From the NCBI GenBank assembly GCA_046759765.1, contig JBHICV010000002.1, positions 1 through 49,149 on the forward strand: 49,149 bases of DNA, in the 5' to 3' direction. Below the pieces are notes generated by a model. That model was given only the letters and a program-made list of their open reading frames with translations, was not told where the DNA came from and ran no database searches. Every line of letters starts with the position of its first letter. Positions within the stretch are counted from its first letter, which is position 1. A program made the translations under genes and the position numbers. Shown one piece after another: positions 25,999-35,170 of the stretch. Source of the stretch: Acidimicrobiia bacterium (GTDB lineage Bacteria; Actinomycetota; Acidimicrobiia; Spongiisociales; CAZKJJ01).

Positions 25999-26418
25999 GT
26001 GTGCTTTCGCCGGCTAGCCATCATTGCCATGGCTGCGTTGGCGCTGTCGGCGTGCTTTCCGGCCGATCCGCCCTGGATGGACTCAAACGGAGAGATCGTC
26101 AGCGGCAGCCTGATTCTCGAGTACCAGGGGTTCGTGCGCTGTCAGACTCGCGAGGTCACCTTCCTGCGGTTCTTTGATCGCCAGTACGCGGACGACCCGG
26201 AAGGCCAACTGGGACCACTACGGGCGATAGATGGATCCGGACGCGTGCTCACGTTCGAGGTCCTGGAAGCGGTTCCCCCGGGTGCTCTTCCTTCCGGCTT
26301 CCACCGAGGCGACCGTGAGATCTACGTGGACCGCGCGGCCATTGATGACTACCTCTACGTTGTGCACCCAAGTCATGTTGAGCGCTGGCCACGGGCGGAG
26401 ATCTACTGCGAGCCGTGA
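25999..26418 (+). CDS. Putative lipoprotein, function unknown
   Basis: The in-frame GTG at 25999 gives (M)CFRRLAIIAMAALALSAC, a textbook n-region / h-region / lipobox (LSAC). The upstream part of ORF 25816-26418 is antisense to ino1. Confidence 0.6.
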   Translation: MCFRRLAIIAMAALALSACFPADPPWMDSNGEIVSGSLILEYQGFVRCQTREVTFLRFFDRQYADDPEGQLGPLRAIDGSGRVLTFEVLEAVPPGALPSGFHRGDREIYVDRAAIDDYLYVVHPSHVERWPRAEIYCEP

Positions 26419-26561
26419 CAGGTCCGCCCGGACGCTGAGACTGATAGCATGCCGTTGCCGGAGGCACGGGCGACCCCGAGGCGGCCGAGGCCGGACCAAG
26501 GCACGACCCAGAAGCTAGGTCCATCCCCCAACCCGCAGTGGTGGGGAGAGAGGAGCCGCAG

Positions 26562-27431
26562 ATGGCCGGGGCAGCGAATAGCCCAAATCAGGCCAAGAAG
26601 GTAACGGTCCCCGACGTCATGGCGCGCAAGGGGGGCGTGCCGCTCACGATGGTCACCGCTTACGACACACCGAGCGCGTCGGTGGCGTCGGAGGCGGGTG
26701 CCGACATGATCCTGGTAGGTGACTCGGTCGCCAACGTGGTCCTCGGCCACTCCGACACGCTGGCCGTCGACATCGATGTCATGGTTCACCACACCGCCGC
26801 GGTCGCCCGGGCACAACCTCGTTCGTTGGTGGTCGGCGATATGCCGTGGATGAGCTACCACACGACCACGGAACAGGCCATCCAGAATGCCAGCCGGTTG
26901 ATTCGGGAGGGAGGAGCCGAATCGGTCAAGCTCGAAGGAGGGCGAAAGCGCGTTCCCGTGATAGAGGCGATACTCGGTGCGGAGATCCCGGTGATGGGAC
27001 ATGTCGGTCTGACGCCGCAATCAGTGCACGCCATGGGGGGCTACCGAGTGCAGGGTAAGGCGGCGGATGCTGCCCGTTCCCTCATATCGGATGCGAAGTC
27101 TTTGGAGGATGCTGGCGTCTTTTCCATCGTCCTCGAAGGCGTCCCCGACCTATTGGGCAAGCTCATCACCAAGGAGGTGTCGGTCCCGACGATCGGGATT
27201 GGAGCCGGCCCCCACACCGACGGACAGGTCCTCGTCTTTCACGATGTGCTCGGTTTAGGCACGGGCCGGCTGCCCAAGTTCGTGCGGCAATACGCCCACC
27301 TGAGGGAAACGGCCGTGGAAGCGCTCGAATCCTTCTTTGCCGATGTGCAGGCGGGTGCCTTCCCGGAGGAAGCCGAGAGCTATCACATGAGCGAGGAGGC
27401 GGCATCCTCGCTGCTCTCCGAGTTGGGCTGA
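26562..27431 (+). CDS. panB: 3-methyl-2-oxobutanoate hydroxymethyltransferase
   Basis: MVTAYD, ILVGDSVANVVLGH, VVGDMPWMSY and VKLEGG motifs. ATG 26562 is preceded by GAGAGGAG. Confidence 0.92.
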   Translation: MAGAANSPNQAKKVTVPDVMARKGGVPLTMVTAYDTPSASVASEAGADMILVGDSVANVVLGHSDTLAVDIDVMVHHTAAVARAQPRSLVVGDMPWMSYHTTTEQAIQNASRLIREGGAESVKLEGGRKRVPVIEAILGAEIPVMGHVGLTPQSVHAMGGYRVQGKAADAARSLISDAKSLEDAGVFSIVLEGVPDLLGKLITKEVSVPTIGIGAGPHTDGQVLVFHDVLGLGTGRLPKFVRQYAHLRETAVEALESFFADVQAGAFPEEAESYHMSEEAASSLLSELG

Positions 27432-27438
27432 TCACCGC

Positions 27439-27969
27439 GTGAGACCGGTCGCCTGGCTGGCGATCGGCCTCGTGTTCGCCACCTGCGGACAGAATCCGGC
27501 GGCGACCAGTGTCCCGGGCGCGGTATCTGCGACTCCTCTCCCTGCTACCACGCTGGTCGTCACAGATGCCCGCGAACGGAGAGTCCCGGCGGTTCTCGAT
27601 GGCTTCCCATTGACCACTGTGCGTGTAGCCGAGGAGGAATGGCTAGTTGCCGTCGCCGATACGGGCCCACGTCGGCGTCAGGGCCTTATGGACGTGGAGG
27701 ATTTGGGTGACCTCGACGGAATGCTGTTCGCTTATGACCAACCGGTGGTGACGACCTTCGGCATGCGCAACACGCTTATACCGTTGGATATCGCGTTCTT
27801 CGACGAGCAAGGAGAGTTGGTCGGCTCGCTGGAGATGGTCCCCTGCACTGCCGATCCCTGCCCGCTCTACGCATCCCCGGCGCCGTTCCGGTGGGCCTTG
27901 GAGGCGCCGGCGGGGTTGCTCACCGGTCTCGGCTTGGGCGATCGGCTGGAGATATCCGCCCAGGGATGA
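27439..27969 (+). CDS. DUF192-family protein with an N-terminal signal/lipobox-like segment
   Basis: GMLFAYDQP...FGMRNTLIPLDIAFFDEQG...ALEAPAG is a typical DUF192 (COG1430) core. The N-terminus is WLAIGLVFATCG. Confidence 0.75.
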   Translation: MRPVAWLAIGLVFATCGQNPAATSVPGAVSATPLPATTLVVTDARERRVPAVLDGFPLTTVRVAEEEWLVAVADTGPRRRQGLMDVEDLGDLDGMLFAYDQPVVTTFGMRNTLIPLDIAFFDEQGELVGSLEMVPCTADPCPLYASPAPFRWALEAPAGLLTGLGLGDRLEISAQG

Positions 27970-28109
27970 TCTCGCGGTCTTCACGGGCTAGAACGACAAA
28001 ACCACCCAGCCAACGGGCTTCCGGTCCACCCGCTCCGTCGGTAGGATGCTCCGCGATCCCCGAACACGGCGAATACTGCCGCGTGCGACCCCTGCTCCCA
28101 TGAGGGGGC

Positions 28110-28127
28110 CTTCCGCAGAGGCGGAAG
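28110..28127 (+). promoter_or_regulatory. Hairpin in the rpsF 5' leader adjacent to the SD
   Basis: CTTCCGC-AGAG-GCGGAAG (7-bp stem, tetraloop), 5 nt upstream of AGGAGG (28133-28138) and the GTG at 28146. Confidence 0.35.
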
Positions 28128-28145
28128 TCCAAAGGAGGTGATGAA

Positions 28146-28433
28146 GTGCGCACGTACGAGGTGATGACGATCTGGCGCCCGGAGTTGGCCGAGACGGAGG
28201 TCCGGACCCAGGTAGCGGACATGGAGTCGATGCTCCTCAGCAACGGTGCCGAGGTCGGTGAGTCTGACTTCTGGGGCAAGCGTCGCTTTGCCTACGAAAT
28301 CGATCATGAGACCGAGGGCTACTACACGGTGGTGGAGTTCCAAGCAGAGCCGGCCGCAGTTCAGGAGCTGGAACGGAGTCTGTCTCTCTCAGATCAGGTC
28401 CTCCGCCACAAGGTCCTGAGGCCCGACAGGTGA
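28146..28433 (+). CDS. rpsF: 30S ribosomal protein S6
   Basis: (M)RTYEVMTIWRPEL...WGKRRFAYEI...GYY, in the conserved rpsF-ssb-rpsR-rplI order. Confidence 0.93.
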   Translation: MRTYEVMTIWRPELAETEVRTQVADMESMLLSNGAEVGESDFWGKRRFAYEIDHETEGYYTVVEFQAEPAAVQELERSLSLSDQVLRHKVLRPDR

Positions 28434-28484
28434 AACGTGTCACACACGCCTGGCAGAGTTATTTGAGTCGGAAGGAATGAGCAC

Positions 28485-28931
28485 ATGACAACGAATAGCG
28501 TGACACTGGTCGGCAACTTGGTTGACGATCCGGAACTGAGGTTCACTCCCAGCGGCGTGGCGCTGGCGAAGATGCGACTGGCGGTCAACCGGCGCTGGCG
28601 TGACCAGAGCGACGAATGGCAAGAGGAGACGTCGTTCTTCTCGGGCACGTGCTGGCGCGATATGGCCGAGAACGTAGCGGAGTCGCTCCAGAAGGGAGCC
28701 AGGATCATCGTTACCGGGCGACTGCAGCAGCGATCGTGGGAGACACAGGAGGGCGAGAAGCGGTCCGCGGTGGAGATCACGGTCGATGAGATCGGTCCGA
28801 GCTTGAGGTGGGCTACGGCGAGTGTGGCTAAGACCACCCGAGGCGGCGGTGATTGGCAAGAGCAGCCGGTCGAAGTCCCGGCGGCCCCGGTCGGCAAGAC
28901 CGACTACGGGCCCGACGAAGCACCGTTCTGA
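28485..28931 (+). CDS. ssb: Single-stranded DNA-binding protein
   Basis: OB-fold N-terminus ([32 protein letters not shown]), a Gly-rich linker and an acidic tip ending DEAPF. Confidence 0.93.
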   Translation: MTTNSVTLVGNLVDDPELRFTPSGVALAKMRLAVNRRWRDQSDEWQEETSFFSGTCWRDMAENVAESLQKGARIIVTGRLQQRSWETQEGEKRSAVEITVDEIGPSLRWATASVAKTTRGGGDWQEQPVEVPAAPVGKTDYGPDEAPF

Positions 28932-28939
28932 GGCGAGGT

Positions 28940-29206
28940 ATGGGAAAGAAGAAAAAGCGTCAACAGAGGCGTCGATCGGATCGGGCCTTCAAGCGGGGCC
29001 GTAGGAAGGTCTGTTACTTCTGTACGGAGAAGATCGACCACGTCGATTACAAGGACGTAGCTCTTCTGCGGCGCTACGTGTCGGACCGGGCCAAGATCCG
29101 TTCGCGGCGGGTGACTGGCAACTGCGAGCAGCACCAGCACAAGGTGGCCACTGCGGTGAAGAACGCTCGGGAGATGGCTCTTTTGCCCTACGTGGGTCGC
29201 GGATGA
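28940..29206 (+). CDS. rpsR: 30S ribosomal protein S18
   Basis: [41 protein letters not shown] 28940 follows GAGG. The longer ORF from 28853 overlaps ssb and is rejected. Confidence 0.93.
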   Translation: MGKKKKRQQRRRSDRAFKRGRRKVCYFCTEKIDHVDYKDVALLRRYVSDRAKIRSRRVTGNCEQHQHKVATAVKNAREMALLPYVGRG

Positions 29207-29649
29207 AGCTTCTGCTCACGTCCGACGTCGACGGGGTCGGCCTGAGGGGGGATGTGGTCGATGTTTCGGACGGCTATGGCCGCAACTACCTGCTGCCCCA
29301 GCAGCTGGCCATCAAGGCCACGCCGGGTTCGGTGCGCAACGCCGAGCGAATTCAGAAAGCGCGACAGGAAGCCGATCACCGTGCGCAAGAAGAAGCTGAG
29401 GACATAGCCCGCGCCCTGACCGGCACTCACATCGTGATCGCTGCCCAGGCGGGGGATGAGGGCAAGCTGTTTGGTTCGGTCGGAGCGAGCGATGTTGTGG
29501 CCGGCATTAAGAAGTTCACCGGTATCGAGGTCGATCGCAGGAAGTTGGTGATCGACGAGCCGATCCGGAGTATCGGATTGCACGGCGCCCGGCTGAATCT
29601 GCATCGAGAGGTCGAGGTGGTCGTCGTCGTGGATGTGATTCCGGCCTGA
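29203..29649 (+). CDS. rplI: 50S ribosomal protein L9
   Basis: [33 protein letters not shown]-domain. ATGA overlap with rpsR. Confidence 0.93.
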   Translation: MKLLLTSDVDGVGLRGDVVDVSDGYGRNYLLPQQLAIKATPGSVRNAERIQKARQEADHRAQEEAEDIARALTGTHIVIAAQAGDEGKLFGSVGASDVVAGIKKFTGIEVDRRKLVIDEPIRSIGLHGARLNLHREVEVVVVVDVIPA

Positions 29650-29657
29650 GGTAGAGA

Positions 29658-30989
29658 GTGGTCGCGACCAGTGCCCGCGTACCTCCCCATAACCTGGAAG
29701 CGGAGGAGTCCGTCCTCGGTGCCGTTATGCTCTCGTCAGACGCGGCCAATGTGGTCATGGACCGCCTCGAGTCAGACGACTTCTACGTCCCGGCCCACCA
29801 GGCCATCTTCGAGGCGATCGTCCAGCTCTACAACGAGAACCAACCGATCGATGCGGTCACCGTCTCGGACATCCTGCGGCGCAAGGAGGAGCTGGAAAGA
29901 GTAGGAGGCGTGGGCGTTCTGACCGGGCTGATTGATTCCGTCCCGACTGCCTCCAACGTCGGCTACTACACGGATGTCGTCGAGGAGACCTCGCTTCGGC
30001 GGGGAATGATCCGGGCCGGCGCGGTCATCTCGGATCTGGCGCTCGAAGCCGAGGGTGAGATAGGGGACTTGCTTGACCAGGCGGAGCAGACGGTGCTCGG
30101 CGTGGCGCAGCAGCGAGTCGGGGACGGCTTGCAACCGGTCCGTCCGATGCTGGAGGGTGTGCTGGAGAAAATCGAGGAGATGGCCGAGTCGGGGTCGGAC
30201 CTGACCGGGCTGGCTACCGGCTTCCATGATCTCGATCGCAAGCTCGCCGGCCTCCAGAACTCCAACTTGATCGTCGTAGCGGCGCGGCCGTCGATGGGCA
30301 AGAGTGCGTTTTTGCTCAACGTCGCGCACAACGTGGCGGCCAAGGGCGAGGTGGTGGCGGTTTTCAGCTTGGAGATGAGCCGCGAGGAGATCGTCCAAAG
30401 GCTGCTGTGCTCGGTGGGGAGAGTCGACTCGATGAAGCTGCGGACCGGCAACCTGGGTCCCCTCTGGCAAAGAGTGGTAACCGCGGCTTCACGTCTGTAC
30501 AAGATCCCCATTTACATGGACGACGCCGCCCAGGTGACGGTGACGGACATCAGGGCGAAGTGCCGACGCCTCAAGCGATCAATGGGCCTCGGGCTGGTAG
30601 TGGTCGATTATCTCCAGCTGATGAGCGGCCTGCGGAGAGAGAACCGTCAACAGGAGATCGCCGATATCAGCCGGTCGCTGAAGGAGCTGGCGCGGGAGCT
30701 CGATGTCCCGATCATGGCGGCATCGCAGCTGAACCGGGCACTCGAGCAACGAGAGGACAAGCGTCCGCGCCTCGCCGACCTGAGGGAGTCGGGCGCGTTG
30801 GAGCAGGATCCAGACGTCGTGATGTTCATCTACCGGCACGAGTACTACCACCCAGACGACGTGGAATCGAAGGGGATCGCCGAGATGCTGATCGCCAAAC
30901 ACCGCTCGGGAGGCATCGGCAAGATCGACATGACCTTCCTGCCGGAGTTCACGCTCTTCACCGACATGGGGAGAGACGTCGCGGCTTAG
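29658..30989 (+). CDS. dnaB: Replicative DNA helicase DnaB (no intein)
   Basis: PPHNLEAEESVLGA N-terminus, Walker A ARPSMGKSAF, SLEMS, QLNR and RESGALEQDPDVVMF. At 443 aa the length is uninterrupted. Confidence 0.95.
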   Translation: MVATSARVPPHNLEAEESVLGAVMLSSDAANVVMDRLESDDFYVPAHQAIFEAIVQLYNENQPIDAVTVSDILRRKEELERVGGVGVLTGLIDSVPTASNVGYYTDVVEETSLRRGMIRAGAVISDLALEAEGEIGDLLDQAEQTVLGVAQQRVGDGLQPVRPMLEGVLEKIEEMAESGSDLTGLATGFHDLDRKLAGLQNSNLIVVAARPSMGKSAFLLNVAHNVAAKGEVVAVFSLEMSREEIVQRLLCSVGRVDSMKLRTGNLGPLWQRVVTAASRLYKIPIYMDDAAQVTVTDIRAKCRRLKRSMGLGLVVVDYLQLMSGLRRENRQQEIADISRSLKELARELDVPIMAASQLNRALEQREDKRPRLADLRESGALEQDPDVVMFIYRHEYYHPDDVESKGIAEMLIAKHRSGGIGKIDMTFLPEFTLFTDMGRDVAA

Positions 30990-30994
30990 GCCGA

Positions 30995-31576
30995 CTACCT
31001 GGACAACCTCCAGACGACGAGACTCCCGGCCAGGGTCACGCCGATTCCCAGGGCGGCCACTAGATACCAGAGGCCACCGGTGGACTTGGGCGACGCCGCC
31101 GGGAGGCGTACACCCAGCTCGGCCAACGTATCCGGCAGGCCAATAGGGGCTGCGAACCAGCCCAGCTTCTCCGGTCCCCAACCCTCTAGTACAGCCGGCG
31201 TGTGAATGAGAGGACCGCCTTCCGCGTCGAGGTAGAGGAACTGGAGCATCGTGCGCTGCTCGGCGCTGGTCCCTGGGGGGCCGGAGTTGATCCAGGTCAG
31301 GGTGTGTCTGGGGCCGATCCTGCCGGGGGGACCTTCAATCGGCACCGGGAGATCGCCGGTCGGGTACCAGAGCCCGGTCTGGGTTATCAGCCGTGACAAG
31401 AGGCGTGGCTTGCCGCGGTCCATCAACTGAATCGGTCTGTCGATGCTCGGCCCGGTGATGGTGGCGGACTCAGGTCCCTTCGCATAGGCAGTGCCGCCGA
31501 TGGAGAGGAGAAACGCTGCGATAACGACCAAAGGGATGAGCACCCGCGGTCTCCGTTTTCCGATCTTCGAGTCCAT
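30995..31576 (-). CDS. Hypothetical exported protein with a C-terminal TM anchor
   Basis: ATG 31576 is preceded by AAGGAGCAGGAG. It has a signal-like N-terminus (KRRPRVLIPLVVIAAFLLSIGGTAYA) and a C-terminal helix (LWYLVAALGIGVTLAGSLVVW). Confidence 0.55.
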   Translation of the reverse strand: MDSKIGKRRPRVLIPLVVIAAFLLSIGGTAYAKGPESATITGPSIDRPIQLMDRGKPRLLSRLITQTGLWYPTGDLPVPIEGPPGRIGPRHTLTWINSGPPGTSAEQRTMLQFLYLDAEGGPLIHTPAVLEGWGPEKLGWFAAPIGLPDTLAELGVRLPAASPKSTGGLWYLVAALGIGVTLAGSLVVWRLSR

Positions 31577-31825
31577 CCGCTCCTGCTCCTTCAGGGAGTG
31601 AGTCGCTACTAGTACACCGGCCAAGGCTTGGCGGTTCCGTAGTACTTGGTCCGCTTTACTGGTGAGCGATGGCCGAGCCTTACCTGACCGACATTCCGGA
31701 ACTCGCCGACCAATGGACGAGCACTGACGCGAGAGTGGGCGAGCTCGCGTATCTCAAGTCGGCTCGACGAGGTGTCTGGGTGAGCGCCCCAGCTCAGGTA
31801 ATGACCTCTTAGGTTGGGAGTGGCG

Positions 31826-32596
31826 ATGGACGCTTGGCAGAGAACTCCGGGCTGGAGCAGGCTTGCATTCCCGATCAGCTTGGCGACCCTGCTTGTCCTG
31901 GCTTGCTCCACGACGGGGACACAGACCGCCGCCACACTGACCAACGGACCGATTCCCGATGAGTGGGCGACGCTCCGCACCGACATGGTGGAAGACCAAA
32001 TCGCCGCTAGAGGCGTGTCCGATCCGCTCGTCCTCGAGGCCATGCTGGCCACTCCTCGACACCTCTTTGTCCCCGACGAGTACCGCTCTCAGGCCTATGA
32101 CGATCACCCGCTGCCGATCGGACATGGACAAACGATCTCGCAGCCCTACATCGTCGCGTTGATGAGCCAGGAGCTAGGTGTCGAGCCGGGAGACAAAGTG
32201 CTCGAGATCGGGACCGGATCCGGGTACCAGGCCGCGGTCCTGGCTGAGATGGGAATGAGGGTCTACACGATCGAGATAGTCCCCCAGCTCGCCAGCCGAG
32301 CGGCCGACACACTGAGGGACACGGGGTACGAGGAGGTCGAGGCCCGCCAAGGGGACGGCTACTGGGGCTGGCCGGAGCAGGCGCCTTTTAACGCCATCAT
32401 CGTCACTGCGGCCCCGGACCACCTACCCCAGCCATTGATGGATCAGCTGAGCGAGACGGGTGCGCTGGTCATCCCGATCGGCCCGATCGGGGCGGTCCAG
32501 ACGCTGTGGCGATTCATCAAGGATGAGGCTCTGGAAGTTGTCGGGGAGAACCTCGGACCGGTCCGGTTCGTGCCGCTAACCCGCGCCGAGGGCTGA
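31826..32596 (+). CDS. pcm: Protein-L-isoaspartate O-methyltransferase with a lipoprotein-type signal peptide
   Basis: Core motifs QTISQPYIVALM and VLEIGTGSGYQAAVLA. The N-terminus MDAWQRTPGWSRLAFPISLATLLVLAC carries a lipobox (VLAC). ATG 31826 is preceded by GGGAG. Confidence 0.88.
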   Translation: MDAWQRTPGWSRLAFPISLATLLVLACSTTGTQTAATLTNGPIPDEWATLRTDMVEDQIAARGVSDPLVLEAMLATPRHLFVPDEYRSQAYDDHPLPIGHGQTISQPYIVALMSQELGVEPGDKVLEIGTGSGYQAAVLAEMGMRVYTIEIVPQLASRAADTLRDTGYEEVEARQGDGYWGWPEQAPFNAIIVTAAPDHLPQPLMDQLSETGALVIPIGPIGAVQTLWRFIKDEALEVVGENLGPVRFVPLTRAEG

Positions 32597-32604
32597 GCCG
32601 AGAG

Positions 32605-35043
32605 CTACCGGGCGAGGAGAGCACAGAATCCGTAGCACACAGCGCCAAGTGTCACCACGACTGAAAACCCGAACGTCAGCGCCAGAAGGGCGGCCGCGGC
32701 GGCGCTGATTACCGACGCCGCTCCGTTGATCCCCCAGGCCCACGGCACGAGCGGGGCCCACCGCTCACGTAGATATGAAAGGCCATGCGGGAGCATCGTC
32801 CCCATCAGGAATCCCAGTGGAATCAAGGCCAGACCGCCGGCAACGATCCGAGCCCACAGGGGGCCTGGAAGCACCCTTTCCGTGAGCTGACGGAGCAACC
32901 AGGGATAGAGAATGAGGGCCACGGTCAAGACGACGGCCGCCGGCCTCCAGGCAATCCGATCCGAGGCCAGGCTCCCCAATCCCGCCGCGACCAGCAGCAC
33001 GAACAAGACCACCGCCAGCGAAAGCACCGGCCGGCCGAGCAGGAGTATGTACTGCTGGAAGATCGGGATCTCCACGAAGAGAAAGCCGATACCGAGCAGA
33101 CCGAAGTAACCCACCGTCCACCAGCGAACCCGCCGGGAAGCGTGATGGCGCATCCGGAAACGGACCGCAAGGGGCGCCAGGATCAAGACGACGGCAACAA
33201 CGGCCGCGAGGATGAGCAGTGCCAACAGCACGAAGTACCCGGCTCCTCCAAACGGCTGCCATGTCCGACCCAGCTGCGCCCACACGTCTGATGCCTGTGA
33301 CCACTTGAAGAAGTGGCCGAAGAAGGGGTGGTCGTCCGTGGGAGGGGAGATATCGAAGGCGTAGGCGTCATACAGGGAAGAAGGGTCAGAAGCCGTCAGC
33401 AGGGTGCGGGCTAGCTGGTAATAGTCGTCGGTCGGGAGCTGGTTGTAGCGGTTGGACTCGCCTGAAAGCAGACCCGGAGCAGCGAAGAGATCGAATCGCC
33501 GCTCGTCGACGAAAGATCGGACGGCCGCCAGCTCCTCGTCCGAGAAGCCGTCTGGTTTCACCATGACCATGGCCGACGCGTAGCCGCGCACCCCGATTAT
33601 TGAGCCCGTGGGGTTGGCTCCGATGCGCCGCAGGGCTTCGGCGCTGAGCGAGAGAAGCCGCATTTCCTCGCTGGGAGGGGTCTGTAGCCACCGCATGGCG
33701 GTGAAGAGGCCTCCTGGTCGCAGCCGAGCCAGATAGCTTTCGAACGCCTCGACGGTCAGGTCGTAGTCCTCCGCGAGGCTGTAGGCCCCCGAGGTCACGG
33801 GACGGTAGGGCGCGGTAAGAGCCAGATCTATTACGTCGTACGTGCGGTCCGTTCGCTCGACGTAGGCGCGTGGGTCGTCGAACACGACTGCAACCTGAGG
33901 GGCGTCGTACACCGCTCCGCTCACCATGGCGGCTTCTACGGCAAGCTCGTTGGGCTCAACTGCAACCACGGAGCGGGACCCTGCCCTCACGGCGATGAGT
34001 ACGTCCAAACCTCCGCGCGGCTCGAGAATGAGTGTTTCACCACCCTCCCGCAGCAAGAAAGGGAGCGAGTTCAGCAGGTAAGGGACGAAGTCAGCTTCGT
34101 CCGGACTGAGCTTCGGGATCGGACTGAGATCGTCCCCGTCGAAGGTCACGCCATCCTGGGGTGGGAGGTCCCCCCGGAAGGTGAAGCTCAGACCAGGAAG
34201 TGAACGTATTCCTTCGGAACGCACGAGGTCGATGCGTGACGCGGCGTTCCAATCGGTGACCAGCGTCTCCGCACCGGGGTAGCGCAGAACGGCGCTGAGA
34301 TCCTTGTAGGGCGAGAGCTTTAGGTCGAGAGCGTCCGGTGGACTGACGCTGAGGATCCCCAGCAGAACCAGCGTGACGATCGTGATCACGAGGGCGCCTC
34401 GAGAGCGCGTCTCCTCTCGCCACAGGAACGCCAAGGCCCCAGCTCCGGCACACAGGGCCGCCAACACGATCATTTGGACTGCTCCCAGCCACGAGACTCC
34501 GACGATCGCTAGGAGACATCCCGCCCCGGCTCCTACCAGGCTGGCCCCGTAAACCCGGCTGGGTGGCCTTGGTCGTGGCTGATCCCACCCGGACAGAAGC
34601 GCACCAACCACGGCGCCTCCGAAGAAGAATGGAAGTCCGAGCACCAGGTAGTAGACGACGAGATAGACGACCTGGCGCCGATCCCATGCGATGCTGAACG
34701 AGTCGAAAGGCAGCGCATTCGTCACGGCGTACGCACCCAGCGTCGTCACTGCCTGGAGAGCAGCGAGTACGGCCCATCGCTTTGGACCGCCTCGGCCGAG
34801 TCGGGGAAAGGCGGCCAGCACCGAGCCGCTTGCCCCAAATCCGAGCAGCGCCAGGCTCACTGTCACGAAGGCGAAGTGATAGAACTGGGTGACCGCGAAG
34901 ACCCGCGCCAGAACGATCTCGAATACGAGCACTGCGGCTGAACTGAGGCCCACCCCGAGATCAACCGTGAGCTGCCGGTTACGTCCGGGTCGTAGCCCTT
35001 GCAGCGTGTCCGTTGAGACGACGGCCCTGCCGGTTGACGTCAT
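32605..35043 (-). CDS. Polytopic membrane protein with a central spermidine-synthase-like (class I MTase fold) domain
   Basis: 812 aa. N- and C-terminal multi-TM blocks flank a soluble domain with LILEPRGGLDVLIA...VVAVEPN...DVIDL...LRPGG, typical of the fused spermidine-synthase-like family. Confidence 0.75.
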   Translation of the reverse strand: MTSTGRAVVSTDTLQGLRPGRNRQLTVDLGVGLSSAAVLVFEIVLARVFAVTQFYHFAFVTVSLALLGFGASGSVLAAFPRLGRGGPKRWAVLAALQAVTTLGAYAVTNALPFDSFSIAWDRRQVVYLVVYYLVLGLPFFFGGAVVGALLSGWDQPRPRPPSRVYGASLVGAGAGCLLAIVGVSWLGAVQMIVLAALCAGAGALAFLWREETRSRGALVITIVTLVLLGILSVSPPDALDLKLSPYKDLSAVLRYPGAETLVTDWNAASRIDLVRSEGIRSLPGLSFTFRGDLPPQDGVTFDGDDLSPIPKLSPDEADFVPYLLNSLPFLLREGGETLILEPRGGLDVLIAVRAGSRSVVAVEPNELAVEAAMVSGAVYDAPQVAVVFDDPRAYVERTDRTYDVIDLALTAPYRPVTSGAYSLAEDYDLTVEAFESYLARLRPGGLFTAMRWLQTPPSEEMRLLSLSAEALRRIGANPTGSIIGVRGYASAMVMVKPDGFSDEELAAVRSFVDERRFDLFAAPGLLSGESNRYNQLPTDDYYQLARTLLTASDPSSLYDAYAFDISPPTDDHPFFGHFFKWSQASDVWAQLGRTWQPFGGAGYFVLLALLILAAVVAVVLILAPLAVRFRMRHHASRRVRWWTVGYFGLLGIGFLFVEIPIFQQYILLLGRPVLSLAVVLFVLLVAAGLGSLASDRIAWRPAAVVLTVALILYPWLLRQLTERVLPGPLWARIVAGGLALIPLGFLMGTMLPHGLSYLRERWAPLVPWAWGINGAASVISAAAAALLALTFGFSVVVTLGAVCYGFCALLAR

Positions 35044-35170
35044 GGCTCAAGTATCGCAAGTCCCTCCAGACGAGATGAGCCTCCGGTCATATCGACGCCC
35101 GTCTGCGAGGTGCCCCTTGTGGGTGCTGCTCCGGTGACGGCAGAGCGGGGCTTCAGGTACCGTCGCGGCT

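Noticed and set aside
25920-26030. Longer N-terminal extension of ino1 (ORF start at 26030)
   Set aside because: It would overlap the divergent lipoprotein gene, whose GTG 25999 start gives a textbook signal/lipobox. The extension (MAMMASRRKHTPIDCTRLREL...) has no counterpart in the ino1 family as I know it.
28425-28445. GGTGAAACGTGTCACA at the end of rpsF as a second parS
   Set aside because: It is not palindromic and has too many mismatches to TGTTTCACGTGAAACA. Only the GAAACGTG part resembles the consensus.
29658-30989. Possible intein in dnaB, as occurs in several mycobacteria
   Set aside because: The 443-aa product is colinear with intein-free DnaB. No insertion is visible between the conserved helicase motifs (Walker A through RESGALEQD).
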